From NCBI RefSeq assembly GCF_006345805.1, contig NC_043026.1:6510001-6574000 (forward strand): a stretch of 64,000 nucleotides of DNA, read 5' to 3'. The number at the start of each line of letters is the position of its first letter. Position 1 is the first letter of the stretch. Shown one piece after another: positions 40,101-52,500 of this stretch. A program made the position numbers and the translations under genes. The DNA is from Octopus sinensis. Its lineage: Eukaryota. The notes under the pieces were generated by a model that had not been told where the DNA came from, did no database searches, and saw only the letters and a list, made by a program, of their open reading frames with translations.

Positions 40101-43100
40101 GGCAAGAAACCATGAAATAAAACTGAATAAATGTTCGGGCGCAGGAGTGGCTGTGTGGTAACTAGCTTGTTTACCAACCACATGGTTCCGGGTTCAGTCC
40201 CACTGCATGGCATCTTGGGCGAGTGTCTTCTACAATAGCCTCAGGCCGACCAAAGCCTTGTGAGTGGATTTGGTAGCCGGAAACTGAAAGAAGCCCGTCG
40301 TATATATGTATATATATATATGTATGTGTGTGTGTGTTTGTCCCCCCTAGCATTGCTTGACAACCGATGCTGGTGTGTTTATGTCCCCGTCACTTAGCGG
40401 TTCGGCAAAACCGACCGATAGAATAAGTACTGGGCTTACAAAAAGAATAAGTCCCGGGGTCGATTTGGTCGACTGAAGGCGGTGCTCCAGCATGGCCGCA
40501 GTCAAATGACTGAAACAAGTAAAAGAGTAAAGAGTAAACGCATGTACATACATGTGTATATTTACACCCGCATGTATGTTAAACCTTTGTAGGTAGTGCT
40601 ACAACATGGCCGCAGTTCAGTGAACACAACAACTAAAAGAAAAAAAGAAGACCGCTCCCCAATCCCATCTTTTTCTCTTTCTTCTTCCCTTATGGAAATT
40701 TTCCCATTCCTGGTAGGAATTCCAGCAGAAGTTACCATTACAGGGGAGATAATCAGTATTTGCCTTTATAGGGGAGATAATTAAAGCAAGTCAAGGAATT
40801 CGCGTCGTAGAGTGAACGGCCCAAGCATTTAATTTGCTTAATTTCTACTTAAATGATAAGGGTTTAAAGAAATTTATATCTCATTTCAGATGAGAAAAAC
40901 AAGGAGTTTATTATCAAAAACGACGGTGTGAATCTTGTGAAAAAGCACTGCCTCAGGTGAGTCATTAATCATTACTCTTGTACTCTTTTACTTGTTTCAG
41001 TCATTTGACTGCGGCCATGCTGGAGCACCGCCTTTAGTCGAGCAACTCGACCCCGCGACTTATTCCTTTGTAAGCCCAGTACTTATCCTATCGGTCTCTT
41101 TTGCTGAACCGCTAAGTAATGGGGACATAAACACACCAGCATCGGTTGTCAAGCAATGCTAGGGGACAAACACAGACACACAAACACACACACATACACA
41201 TATATATACATATATACATATATATATATATACGACAGGCTTCTTTCAGTTTTCGTCTACCAAATCCACTCACAAGGCATTGGTCGGCCCGAGGTTATAG
41301 CAGAAGGCACTTGCCCAAGATGCCACGCAGTGGGACTGAAGCTACTTACCACACAACCACTCCTGCGCCTATTATTCATATTATTCATATCAATCACCAG
41401 GTTTGTCTTCAGGTGCATCTCTGCATTCCTGAATGTGTGTGCAGCAATGTCTTTTGCGTTGGTGCAGAATTACATTTTGGAACCGGATGTCTGCTTTTGA
41501 TTTTTTTCCTTTTTTTTTTTTGGAATATGGCCACCCCTTTTGATGTTCCAGGTGTTATTTCAGGTGAGAGAGAGAGAGAGGGTTTGGGTGGCATCTTTTG
41601 CTTTCTAAATGGATTGAAGTAGTGAGAACTGATCTCAGGATGCTGGACCTCATAGAGGAGATCACTATTTCTATCTGACTCATTTAAAACCTGGGAAAAA
41701 GTGAATGTTTTCAATGATGATAATAAGAACTTCAGGAAGGCCCACAACTTTATTCATGCTCAAAATTAGCCCCAAGAGTGTGGAATTGAAACCTTGCCAA
41801 AGCTGACATTGGACCTCAACGCTGTCATCTGGTTCATTAGTGCATAACTGGTAATTATTTAATCGACCTCTGTGGAATTTGAACTCAGAACGAAATGACA
41901 TACGAAATACCGTTAAGCTTTCACCCAGCGTGCTAACGATTCTGGCAGCTTGCCACCTTCTATAATAATAATAATAATATATTTCTTTATTGTCCACAGG
42001 GGACAAACAAGGACAGACAAAGGGATTAAGTCAATTACATTGACACCAGTGCGTAACTGGTACTTAATTTATCGAACCCGAAAGGATGAAAGGCAAAGTC
42101 GACCTCGGCGGAATTTGAACTTAGAACGCAGTGGCGGACGAAATACTGCAAAGCATTTCGTCCGGCGTGCTAACGTTTCTGCCAGCTCAATCTTTTCTAT
42201 TATAGGCACAAGGCCTGAAATTTGGAGGGGGACAGTTGATTACAAAGAGCCTTTGAGAGGGGATGGGGCATTGGAGGAGGTGATCTTGTGTCAGATGATG
42301 AAAGGTTAGAGTGTGACAGAGAGGCAGAAATGGGTGTCTTGCTGTAGGGGAGGTACATGTTTACCCAACCAGAGAGAGAGAAATAGTAATTTTCTAATTT
42401 ATAAATCAGTGACTAGTTGTCACTTTGAAAACTCTATATTTCGAACAGGAATTTGGCAGCGGCACCTCTAGCCAAACAATTATTCTGTGCTGATGAAGGG
42501 AAATAACCCAGAAATCATGATACACAGATATTGTTTTGAGCTGAGTTGGGGTGCTAGGTTCCCTTGTTTGAAAATATAAGGACACAGATTGTGTCGTATG
42601 GCCAGCTGGAGACAATGTCTCCTGGGGATAAATTACAGCAACATTCGTCCTAAACCAGGACTGCCACGTTATCTTGGCAAACAATCTTTACTCAAAGTAC
42701 TGTTGCTGAATATCTCTCGTTATTTTCAGAGAGAGAGTGATCAAGAATGAGGATGTAAAACCAATTTATTGTGCATATTTATGTATTCATTTAATTAACT
42801 CTTATCTTTCAGTGGTGCTAATGAAGAAACATTAATATCAGCCTTGACATGTCTGATGTTCCTCATAACCCCAGGTTCCAAAAAGGTAAGAATATTTACA
42901 TACACACACACATACATACATACATATATATATATAATATATATATATACTCTCTTTTACTCTCTTACTTGTTTCAGTCATTTGACTGCGGCCATGCTGG
43001 AGCACCGCCTTTAGTCGAGCAAATCGACCCCGGGACTTATTCTTTGTAAGCCCAGTACTTATTCTATCGGTCTCTTTTGCTGAACCGCTAAGTGACGGGG

Positions 43101-43328
43101 ACATAAACACACCAGCATCGGTTGTCAAGCAATGCTAGGGGGACAAACACAGACACACAAACACACACACACACATACATATATACGACGGGCTTCTTTC
43201 AGTTTCCATCTACCAAATCCACTCACAAGGCATTGGTCGACCCGGGGCTATAGCAGAAGACACTTGCCCAAGATGCCACGCAGTGGGACTGAACCCGGAA
43301 CTACTTACCACACAGACACTCCTGCGCC

Positions 43329-43386
<58 letters not shown>

Positions 43387-45390
43387 ATACATACACACAC
43401 TATGGGCTTCTTTCAGTTTCCGTCTACCAAATCCGCTCACAAGGCTTTTGGTCAGCCTGAAGCTATAGCAGAAGGCACTTGCCCAAGGTGTCACACAGTG
43501 GGACTGAACCCGGAACCATGTGGTTGGTAAGCAATCATCTTACCACACAGCCACACCTGTACCAATTTAAGTAGATTTTTGTTAAAATGTTAACACAATG
43601 CAACACAGACGTCAAAAAGAGACTATATGCATTTCATCATCATCATCATCATCATCATTTAGCGTCCGTTTTCCATGCTAGCATGGGTTGGACGGTTCAA
43701 CTGGGGTCTGGGGAGCCCGAAGGCTGCACCAGGCCAGTCAGATCTGGCAGTGTTTCTACAGCTGGATGCCCTTCCTAACGCCAACCACTCCGAGAGTGTA
43801 GTGGGTGATTTTATGTGCCACCGACACAGGTGCCAGACGAGGCTGGCGAACGGCCACGCTCGGATGGTGTTTTTATGTGCCACCGACACAGGTGCCAGAC
43901 GAGGCTGGCAGACGGCCACGCTCGGATGGTGTTTTTATGTGCCACCGACACAGGTGCCAGATGAGGCTGGCAGGTGCCAGACGAGGCTGGCAGACGGCCA
44001 CGCTCGGATGGTGTTTTTATGTGCCACGACACAGGTGCCAGATGAGGCTGGCGGACGGCCACGATCGGATGGTGTTTGTTACGTCCCCAAAGCACGGAGG
44101 CCAGTCTATGCGGTACTGGCTACGGCCACGTTCGGATGATTTTCTTGTGTGCCACCGGCACTGGTACCACAAGATACAAATTCCATTTATGTTCATCTAT
44201 TTTGATTTGTTTTGATTTGATTTGATTTTTATATATATATAATAGGCGCAGGAGTGGCTGTATGGTAAGTAGCTTGTTTACCAACCACATGGTTCCAGGT
44301 TCAGTCCCACTGCGTGGCACCTTGGGCAAGTGTCTTCTACTATAGCCTCGAGCCGACCAAAACCTTGTGAGTGGATTTGGTAGACGGAAACTGAAAGAAG
44401 CCCGTCGTATATATGTATATAGATATGTATGCATGTGTGTGTTTGTCCCCCTAGCATTGCTTGACAACCGATGCTGGTGTGTTTATGTCCCCGTTACTTA
44501 GCGGTTCGGCAAAAGAGACCGATAGAATAAGTACTGGGCTTACAAAAGAATAAGTCCCGGGGTCGATTTGCTCGATTAAAAGGCGGTGCTCCAGCATGGC
44601 CGCAGTCAAATGACTGAAACAAGTAAAAGAGTATCTTCACCCCCCCCCCCGGCTATCATTTAGTTTTTTTAGCTTTTAAACCCATGATGATTAAAACCAT
44701 GCTGGACCACCACCTGTGAACCACTAATTTTATTGTCTTTTTTTTTTGTTTTTTGCCAGCTATTCTGACGGAGGATTTCACAAAACGAATCATAGACTGG
44801 TCGGGAAACCCTAACGCACGCATTAAAAACTTAGCTACCATATTCATCGAGGTAAACGACCATTTTCTATCTTTCTACACTATTATATATGTACCTTTAT
44901 TAGTAAAAACCCTGCAAGGTGGTGCTCCAGCATGGACACGGTCTGCTGACTGAAACGAGTAAAAGGTGAAAAGAAGTGTAAATTATTAATATTACACCTG
45001 TATTAGAGTGGTGGTGGGTGTGGTGGTGTTGGTAGTGGGGGTGGGGTGGTGTTGATGATAATAGTGATGCTGACTTTGGATTATTCTTGCATTTCATCGT
45101 CATCGTCATCATTTAACTTCCGTTATCCATGCTGGCATGGGTTGGACGTTTCAAATTTCACCGAGGTCAGCTCTGCTTTTCATCCTTTCAGGATCGATAA
45201 ATTAAGTACCAGTGAAATATGAAATACTGGGGTCGATAAAAAAGACTTATCGCCTCCCCCAAAATTGCTACCCTTGTGGCAAAATTTGAAATCATTATTA
45301 TTATTATTATTTCTTTTGTTCCTCCAGGATTATTTCAACAAAGAAGATAAGGTGAAATCCGAAGACCAAGCCTCTGTCGCAAACCATTGA
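34093..45390 (+). CDS. ARMC7: Armadillo repeat-containing protein 7, 7 exons, about 190 aa
   Basis: The translation contains [53 protein letters not shown] and RIKNLATIF, matching ARMC7. The exon total of 572 nt is 1 nt short of an open frame (see findings). Confidence 0.93.
34817..35042. mobile_element. MITE with ~65-bp terminal inverted repeats in ARMC7 intron 1
   Basis: GTACTACTT..AGTGGTCCC...GACTAGTCGATC mirrored at the right end; T-rich core. Confidence 0.7.
35149..35379 (+). mobile_element. tRNA-derived SINE family B (representative copy)
   Basis: A box TGGCAGAATCG, B box GAGTTCAAATTCC, central GCCTTTCATCCTTTCGGGGTCGAT. Other copies at about 5232-5520, 12955-13365, 15559-15792, 26805-27030, 33170-33745, 47033-47266, 48710-48898 and 56162-56575. 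Confidence 0.85.
36189..36287 (+). CDS. ARMC7: ARMC7 exon 2 ([33 protein letters not shown])
   Basis: ttttcag acceptor, gtaagt donor, 99 nt. Confidence 0.95.
36948..37146. repeat. Long palindrome (76-bp perfect arms, 1-nt spacer) in a Penelope-like repeat
   Basis: 36972-37047 is the exact reverse complement of 37049-37124. Confidence 0.9.
37231..37276 (+). ncRNA. Minimal type I hammerhead ribozyme motif
   Basis: gacac CTGATGA a ggctg-loop-cagcc GAAA CG T T gtgtt. Confidence 0.65.
38381..38766 (+). mobile_element. Full-length tRNA-derived SINE family D with a 13-bp TSD
   Basis: tRNA-like head GGCTCAGTGGTTAG...TTTTGATTCCC; TSD gtggtggtgatgt at 38368-38380 and 38767-38779. Confidence 0.85.
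38925..38993 (+). CDS. ARMC7: ARMC7 exon 3 ([23 protein letters not shown])
   Basis: ttgcag acceptor, gtaagt donor, 69 nt. Confidence 0.94.
40890..40956 (+). CDS. ARMC7: ARMC7 exon 4 ([23 protein letters not shown])
   Basis: tttcag acceptor, gtgagt donor, 67 nt. Confidence 0.92.
42484..42528 (+). ncRNA. Minimal type I hammerhead ribozyme motif
   Basis: tctgtg CTGATGA a ggg-aaataa-ccc a GAAA tcatga T A cacaga; 6-bp stem I, palindromic stem III. Confidence 0.65.
42813..42885 (+). CDS. ARMC7: ARMC7 exon 5 ([24 protein letters not shown])
   Basis: ctttcag acceptor, gtaaga donor, 73 nt. Confidence 0.9.
44760..44851 (+). CDS. ARMC7: ARMC7 exon 6 ([30 protein letters not shown])
   Basis: Long T tract plus ccag acceptor, gtaaac donor, 92 nt. 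Confidence 0.9.
45328..45390 (+). CDS. ARMC7: ARMC7 exon 7 ([20 protein letters not shown])
   Basis: cctccag acceptor, TGA at 45388-45390. Confidence 0.85.
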   Translation, partial: DYFNKEDKVKSEDQASVANH

Positions 45391-45904
45391 TGACGCTGAC
45401 GACTTAAAACCAAATCCGACAAAAGCTAGAGGCTCAGAAATTCTGGTGAGATGAAGCAGCTGAATATATCGACCGTCCCCCAGTAGTTAACTGGTATTTT
45501 GATTTATTGGCACGTCACCTCCAGAAGGAAGAAAGGCAGAGTGTTGACCCTGGCTGGATTTGAACTCAGAATGCACAGGAGTGTTTTGCAAAAATACTTC
45601 AGGTTAAGCACTGCTGCATTCAAGTGCAATCCCTTTGTGCAACGCCTCGAGCAAGTGTCTTCGACTGTAGCCACAGGCTGAGTAAAGTTTTGTGAACAGA
45701 TTTGGAAAGTGGAAACTAAAAGAAGCTTTTCAAAAACACATACATGTATATCTATGTAGGTGAAAGCATTGCTGTATGCTAAGCTATGGGGATGTAAACA
45801 AACCAACACCAGTTGTCAAGTGGCGGTGGGGGACAGGCACATGTATAGGTAAGTATATATATGTGTATATATATATACACACACACGCAAACTCACGCAT
45901 CATT

Positions 45905-46477
45905 CATTCATTGTTCGACCGTGGTCGAGACAATGGAATTTACTATGTTACGCCAGACCACACGGTCCATCATGGCATTACGGAGGTCCTGTTGCTGGAT
46001 GCCTGTATCCCTGGAGATTACATCAGGGTAGGAGAGTGTGCGCTCTCTGGTATCGCAAGTAGATGGCTTCCAGAGGAGAAGACTAGAAATTACCTTGTTT
46101 TCAGCTCTACAACAATGTCCAGCAAACTGGACTCTCCTACCTTTCACAAGAGATGACACAGGTGGTAGTTTCCCTTATATTTGCATTTTGGTTGGATGGC
46201 ACTTCCACGAGAGATTTTGAGCTCCCATAAGGAGGCGAGTGTAGGTTCCATCCAACCGCCTCTCAAGCTTCTTTGATAACGTCCAGGTTTCTGAGCCATA
46301 TAGTAGAATTGGTTTGACTGTGGCTTTGAAGATTTCAAGTTTGAAGTCTCTACTTAGATTTGATGACCAGATCTTATGCATGTCATTACAGGCTGACCAG
46401 GCCATACCCTTTCTAGTTAGAAAATCTTTTCCAGATGATGATATGTATGACCCAAGATATTTGTAATCAGAAACCAT
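45905..46477 (-). mobile_element. RTE-clade LINE 3' fragment (further copies at about 19995-20400 and 49705-49817)
   Basis: YKYLGSYI...ILLYGSETWTL...RRVQFAGHC...WRNIVN C-terminus with a short (TGAA/TGA)n tail. Confidence 0.85.
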
Positions 46478-46561
46478 ATTTAAGGGCGCATTGTTGAGAG
46501 TGTGGATGATGCAATCACTGTTGGGCAGGCACTTGTTTACATATCCAGTCTTGGACTCATT

Positions 46562-46605
46562 GTACGCTGATGACGGGTCAATACCCAGAAACTCGAGTCC
46601 GTGTG
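46562..46605 (+). ncRNA. Minimal type I hammerhead ribozyme motif (GUC site)
   Basis: tacg CTGATGA c gggt-caat-accc a GAAA c tcga GTC cgtg. Confidence 0.65.
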
Positions 46606-47779
46606 TATCATACCAGGTTGAAGATGGGAAGGATGGCTTCCCTTTGCAAATACTGATAGGGCACAGAAAGTGTGTCTATAGCCAGCTGGAGGAGATGTCC
46701 TCCTGGGGCTACAAGCTACAGTAGCATCCACCCTTAAGGGTTAGCCACATTTAAGTGGCAAATATACTTCACGATATATATATATATATATACTTGTTTC
46801 AGTCATTTGACTGTGGCCATGCTGGAGCACCGTCTTTTGTCGAACAAAAGGCGGTGCAACCAATTCAATTCAATTTTTATTGGCTCAAAAAGCAAAAGCA
46901 AGGCCATGTAGGACTCATTCTTTGTAAGCTTAGTACTTTATTCTATCGGTCTCTTTTGCCGAGTCGCTAAGATATGGGGACGTAAAGACACCAACATCGG
47001 TTGTCAAGCGATGGTGTGGGGACAAACACAAAGGCGGCGAGCTGGCAGAACCGTTAGCACACCGGGCAAAATGCATAGCCGTATTTCGTCTGCCGTTACG
47101 TTCTGAGTTCAAATTCCGCCGAGGTCGACTTTGCCTTTCATATTTTCGGGGTCGATTAAATAAGTACCAGTTACGCACTGGGGTCGAAATAATCAACTTA
47201 ATCTGTTTGTCTGTCCTTGTTTGTCCTCTCTGTGTTTAGCCCCTTGTGGGTAGTTAAGAAATAGGTGTGGGGACAAACACACACATATACAATGGGCTTC
47301 TTCCAGTTTCCGTTGTATGGCAATGAGTAATTCTGGCAGCTTCCTTTTGCCAGCATGGCCAAACATCAAGAAATACGGCAGACACACCACAATTACAAGT
47401 TCAACTTTTATCAAATTTCTTGGGACTTCATACAAAATAATGAAATGAAATGAAAACTGATTTTCAAAACGCAAAATATTTATTACTTTTAAAATAAAAT
47501 TACATAATACAAATTTCATTTACTCCACCACTGCAATTCTTTTTCACTGTATGTGTGTGTGTGTGTGTATGTATGTGGTGGGAGAGGAATGTTCTTTTAC
47601 TCATTGTCTGTCACCAAGCCTAGAGTGTGCAATCATCTGACACCTCTTATGTTAACCCTCACTATATCTCTCTTCCTGTCTCTATACAATGTAAGGTGTG
47701 ACTACAGCAAGCAACCAACCAACAAATATTTTATCAGCTATTATTATATACAGGGGTAAGATATATATAAATATATGTT

Positions 47780-47958
47780 ATATAATTAGGGTTCAGTAAA
47801 ATAATTTACTTTACCACACACTGAACTTTTAGAAATAGCAGCCAAAAAAATCTTAGCTATTTCTTATAGTAGTAGAAATATCTAAGATTTTTTAGCTGCT
47901 ATTTCTAAAAGTTTGGTATGTGGTAAAGTAAATTATTTTAGTGAACCCTAATTATATA
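47780..47958. repeat. Foldback/palindromic MITE
   Basis: TATAATTAGGGTTCA...TGAACCCTAATTATA, arms of about 85 bp. Confidence 0.75.
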
Positions 47959-48082
47959 AGGTAATGTTTTAGATATACCTTAAATGGTCTTTTTACATAC
48001 TGAACACTAATTGTAAAATTAATTAATTAATTAATTAATTGATTTTACCCTTTTATTATTGATATATATACATATATGTATA

Positions 48083-48180
<98 letters not shown>

Positions 48181-49245
48181 CTAGGAAGAACCACAATGTT
48201 GTCTGTGTGTCACTCAGACAGGCTACATAGCCAAGTGTGATGGGATTTTTCTTCCTGCAAATAATAGATTTAACCAACCCAGAGGTGAGGATAGTTGACA
48301 GGGCTCAATGGCAATATAAGGGGTCATAGGGAAGTTGGGGGTGGGTGGGTAGAAAATGAGACGGGGCAGAATACAATTTGGTAAGTGGTATGAAAGACAG
48401 CGTATCTGTCCCCCTGCCTCGCACTTTGTTTAAACAAGGGTCAACTGGGTAATGGACCCTTTATATTCTACATTGAAAGATTTAAAAAAACCCTATAGGG
48501 TAGGTCTGGCTGTGTGGTAAGAGGTTTGCATCTCAAACATGGTTCTAGGTCCAGTCCCACTGCGTGGCACTTGAGCAAGTTTCTTCTATAATCTTGGGCT
48601 GACCAAAGCCCTACAGATGGATTCGGTTGATGGAACCTGAAAGAAGTCTGTCATATCTACACATATATATATATATATATTTTTTTTTTCTTTATGGCCC
48701 ACGTGGATAAACAAGGACAGACAAAGGGATTAAGTCAATTACATTGACCCCAGTGCGTAACTGGTACTTATTTAATCGACCCCGAAAGGATGAAAGGCAA
48801 AGTCGACCTCGGCGGAATTTGAACTCAGAATGTAACGGCAGACGAAATACTACTAAGCATTATGACCAGCGTGCTAACAATTCTGCTAGCTCGCCGCCAC
48901 ATATATATATATATATACACACACATATATAAAAGTATATGTATGTATACACACACACATCTCAACCACGTGGATCTGGGTTCAACCCCATCAGTAAAAG
49001 CAAGAGCACCAATCAATTAGTGTTGAATTAAACGCCTTGTAGTATTGCTTCTGGGTTCAAATCCCACAGATCTCACCTTTGCCAATTCGTCTTTTTGGGA
49101 CCGATAACCTAAAGTCCCCACTCAAACACTGGGAAATGGAGGTGGTGGTGGTGGGTGTACCGGGAATGGGCCATGCAAGCAACCAACCTCTACCGCTCTT
49201 CAAAATTATTATTATTATTATTATTATTATATTATATTATTATTA

Positions 49246-49281
<36 letters not shown>

Positions 49282-49374
49282 TCTGTTCTCACTTTATAAA
49301 TTGTCTCCTCTTGTGTGTTTGTTGTCTGGAAAACTTAACTATTATTGTTGGTGTTGCTGTTGTGGGAGCCTTTG

Positions 49375-49504
49375 CTATAAAGCAAGGCTGTAAGAGAAAC
49401 TGGAGGTCTGCCAGCTGAATTCCCCGGCCTTGATCGGTGTCTCTAGGGTCCTCTCGGTGATGTCTATTTTCCCGTCTCCGTCAACCAGTAGCACAGTGTG
49501 GGTC
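49375..49504 (-). CDS. TANGO2: TANGO2 exon 7 (THTVLLVDGDGKIDITERTLETPIKAGEFSWQTSSFSYSLAL*)
   Basis: ctcttcag acceptor, TAG stop. Confidence 0.93.
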
Positions 49505-52500
49505 CTGAAGAGAGAAACATTTACTTACATTAATTAAAGCAATCGCGTTTAAACCGGCCACACCCAGCCCAAAATATCTGACCTGTCTTATGTTAAAACT
49601 GGCCAGATCTGCCTTTTTACGCCTACTCTACAATGTGGCGGTGGGGGACAGACACATGTATAGGTAAGTATATATATGTGTATATATATACACACAAACT
49701 CATGCATCATTCATTCATTGTTCGACCGTGGTCGAGACAATGGAATTTACCATGCTACACCAGACCGCACGGTCCATCATAGCATTACGGAGGTCCTGTT
49801 GCTGGATGCCTGTATCCGTTTTCTGTGCTAGGCACAGGTTGGACGGTTCGACCAGGGTCTGGGAAGCCAGGAGGCTGCACCAGGCTCCAGTCTGATCTGG
49901 CAGTGTTTCTACAGCTGAAAGCCCTTCCTAACACCAACCACTCCGTGAGTGTAGTGGGTGCTTTTTACATACCACTGACACAGGTGCCAGGGGAGGCTGG
50001 CAGCAGCCACGATCGGTTAGTGCTTTTTACATGCCACCAGCACAGAAACCAGTGAAGACGGCACTGGCTTCGGCCACGTTCAGATGGTGCTTTTACGTGC
50101 CACTGGCACAGGGATCACAACTACAACTACAATATCAAATTTCCATTTGATATTTATAATAAACAATTCCATCATTGAAATATCAAAGCTATGAGATAAT
50201 GCAGGATTAATTCAAAACAATATGAATATATAAGCATTACATTTGACAGTATAATCTAAATGTTAAGGGGTTAGAATAGGGACCAGATGAACCATTTGAG
50301 GGAGCTTCTATTTAATCACCTGACCTTACACAATGTAACAGCCAAATCTCCTATCAACAAACTCCCTACTCTCTTTAACCATTTAGTATATAAACCAGCC
50401 ATATTGGGCCCAAATATTTTGCTTTATGTTCAGACAGGTCTAATCCAGCCTATCACACTTGCCCTACAATGCCATTATAAAAATAATCTATATATATAAA
50501 GCTGAAGTTGTCTGTGTGTGGCAGCCTTCAACTAACGCTATCTCCTCCGAGACCCTGCGGCGCATGTTGACCAAAATTGAGAGTATGATAGAAGGCTTGC
50601 TCTTCCTTCCATAGAAGAAAAAATTCAAATCGGACCATGTTAACACCAAAAATTATTTACATCAAAAGGTGCTTTTTTTCTATGAAAATCTCTATTTTTA
50701 CGATTTTTTTTTACTGCTGTGTCGCCATTTTTCGGTGTATTTCAACCAAAAAAATGTTCACTTAAAGAGAATAACAAGCTACATAATGCAGAATTTTTAC
50801 TTTTCAAAATTTCCAATTCTAAAGGGTCGAAACAAACCCGAGCAACACGGGGCGATACTGCTAGTATATTATTAAGTGTATTAAACGTTTCCATAAGTCA
50901 ATATCATATTCTGCTGTGTTAGCAGTGATCTTACATCACTGTTAAGCATGCTTAGATGCATTGCACCACTGTAGAATTATCTCCCCTGTAGCTGCAGGCA
51001 CATTGTGTTGCATTGAGAGGGGAGAAAACTCATACAACAACATGTTGCACCTGCAGTGTGCTAAAGGTTAAAAAGTCAGAAATATTCTGTCTTCTTTTTT
51101 TACCTTGATCCTCTTCGTTCCTCTTCACATTGGAAATAGATATAAGGAATGGTTGAATTGAAGGATGGAAATTTCTGGCTGTATTCCTGGTCATAATATC
51201 TGGATAATGAGATAAAAATTAAAAAAAAAAGTAATCTGGTAAACATCGACAAATAAGGGATGGAAGAGTTTTATCAAAAACATGACGTGATTAATTAGCA
51301 TGCAGAACACTAAGAAGCTTGCTTCCCAACCACATGGTTCTGGGTTCAGTCCCACAGCATGGCACCTTGGGCAAGTGTTTTCTACAGTAGCCTCAAGGCT
51401 CACCAAAGCCTTGTGAGTGGATTTGGTAGATGGAAACTAAAAGAAGCCTGTTGTGTGTGTGTGTGATCACGTGATGGAGCAGCTATCAGATGTTGTTATA
51501 CCTTGCTGGTCACAATGCGCTTTTGCATTGCTTTAGCCCTCAAATGGTGTCACCTCGCTGGGTGCAGACATGGCTGTGTGGTACGAAATTTGCTTCCCAA
51601 CCACATGGTTCCAGGTTCAATCACCCTGCATGACATCTTGGGTAACTTTCTTCTACTATAGCCTTGGGCCAACCGAATCCTTGCGAGTGGTTTTGGTAGA
51701 TGGAAACTGAAAGAAGCCCATTGAATTATGTGCGCACGACCGCGCATGTGCATTTGTCCTCCAACCTTGCTCGACAATCAGTATTGGCGTGTTTATATTG
51801 CTGTCACTTAGCAGTTCAGCAAAAGTAACTGATAAAATAAATAGCAAGGGGTGGCTGTGTGGTAAGTAGCTTGTTTACCAACCACATGGTTTCGGGTTCA
51901 GTCCCACTGCGTGGCACCTTGGGCAAGTGTCTTCTACTATAACCTCGGGACGACCAAAGCCTTGTGAGTGGATTTGGTAGACGGAAACTGAAAGAAGCCC
52001 GTCGTATATATGTGTATATATATATATGTGTGTGTTTGTGTTTGTCCCCCTAGCATTGCTTGACAACCGATGCTGGTGTGTTTATGTCCCTGTTACTTAG
52101 CGGTTCGGCAAAAGAGACCGATAGAATAAGTACTGGGTTTACAAAAGAATAAGTCCCGGGGTCGAGTCGCTCGATTACAGGCGGTGCTCCAGCATGGCCG
52201 CAGTCAAATGACTGAAACAAGTAAAAGAGTAAAAAGAGTAAGCATAATAAGAAAAAACCCACAAAAAAACAGTACTGAGATCAATTTGTTTGACTAGAAT
52301 GTCTTCAGGGCAGTGCTCCAGTGTGGCCGCAGTCTAGTGACTGAAACAAGTAAAAGATAAAGAAGGAGCCGTGGTGGCAGGTCTTACGGTTCTTTGTTCA
52401 TCATCATCTGAAAAAGGCTGTCTTTGAGTTGCTGTTGGTGTTGCGTCGTGGAGTATTTTGCGATGACGTCATCGAATAATTCTTTACCCTTGCACACCTT

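Noticed and set aside
34202-45327. U12-type introns in ARMC7 or its neighbours
   Set aside because: No RTATCCT donor at any reconstructed boundary; all look U2-type.
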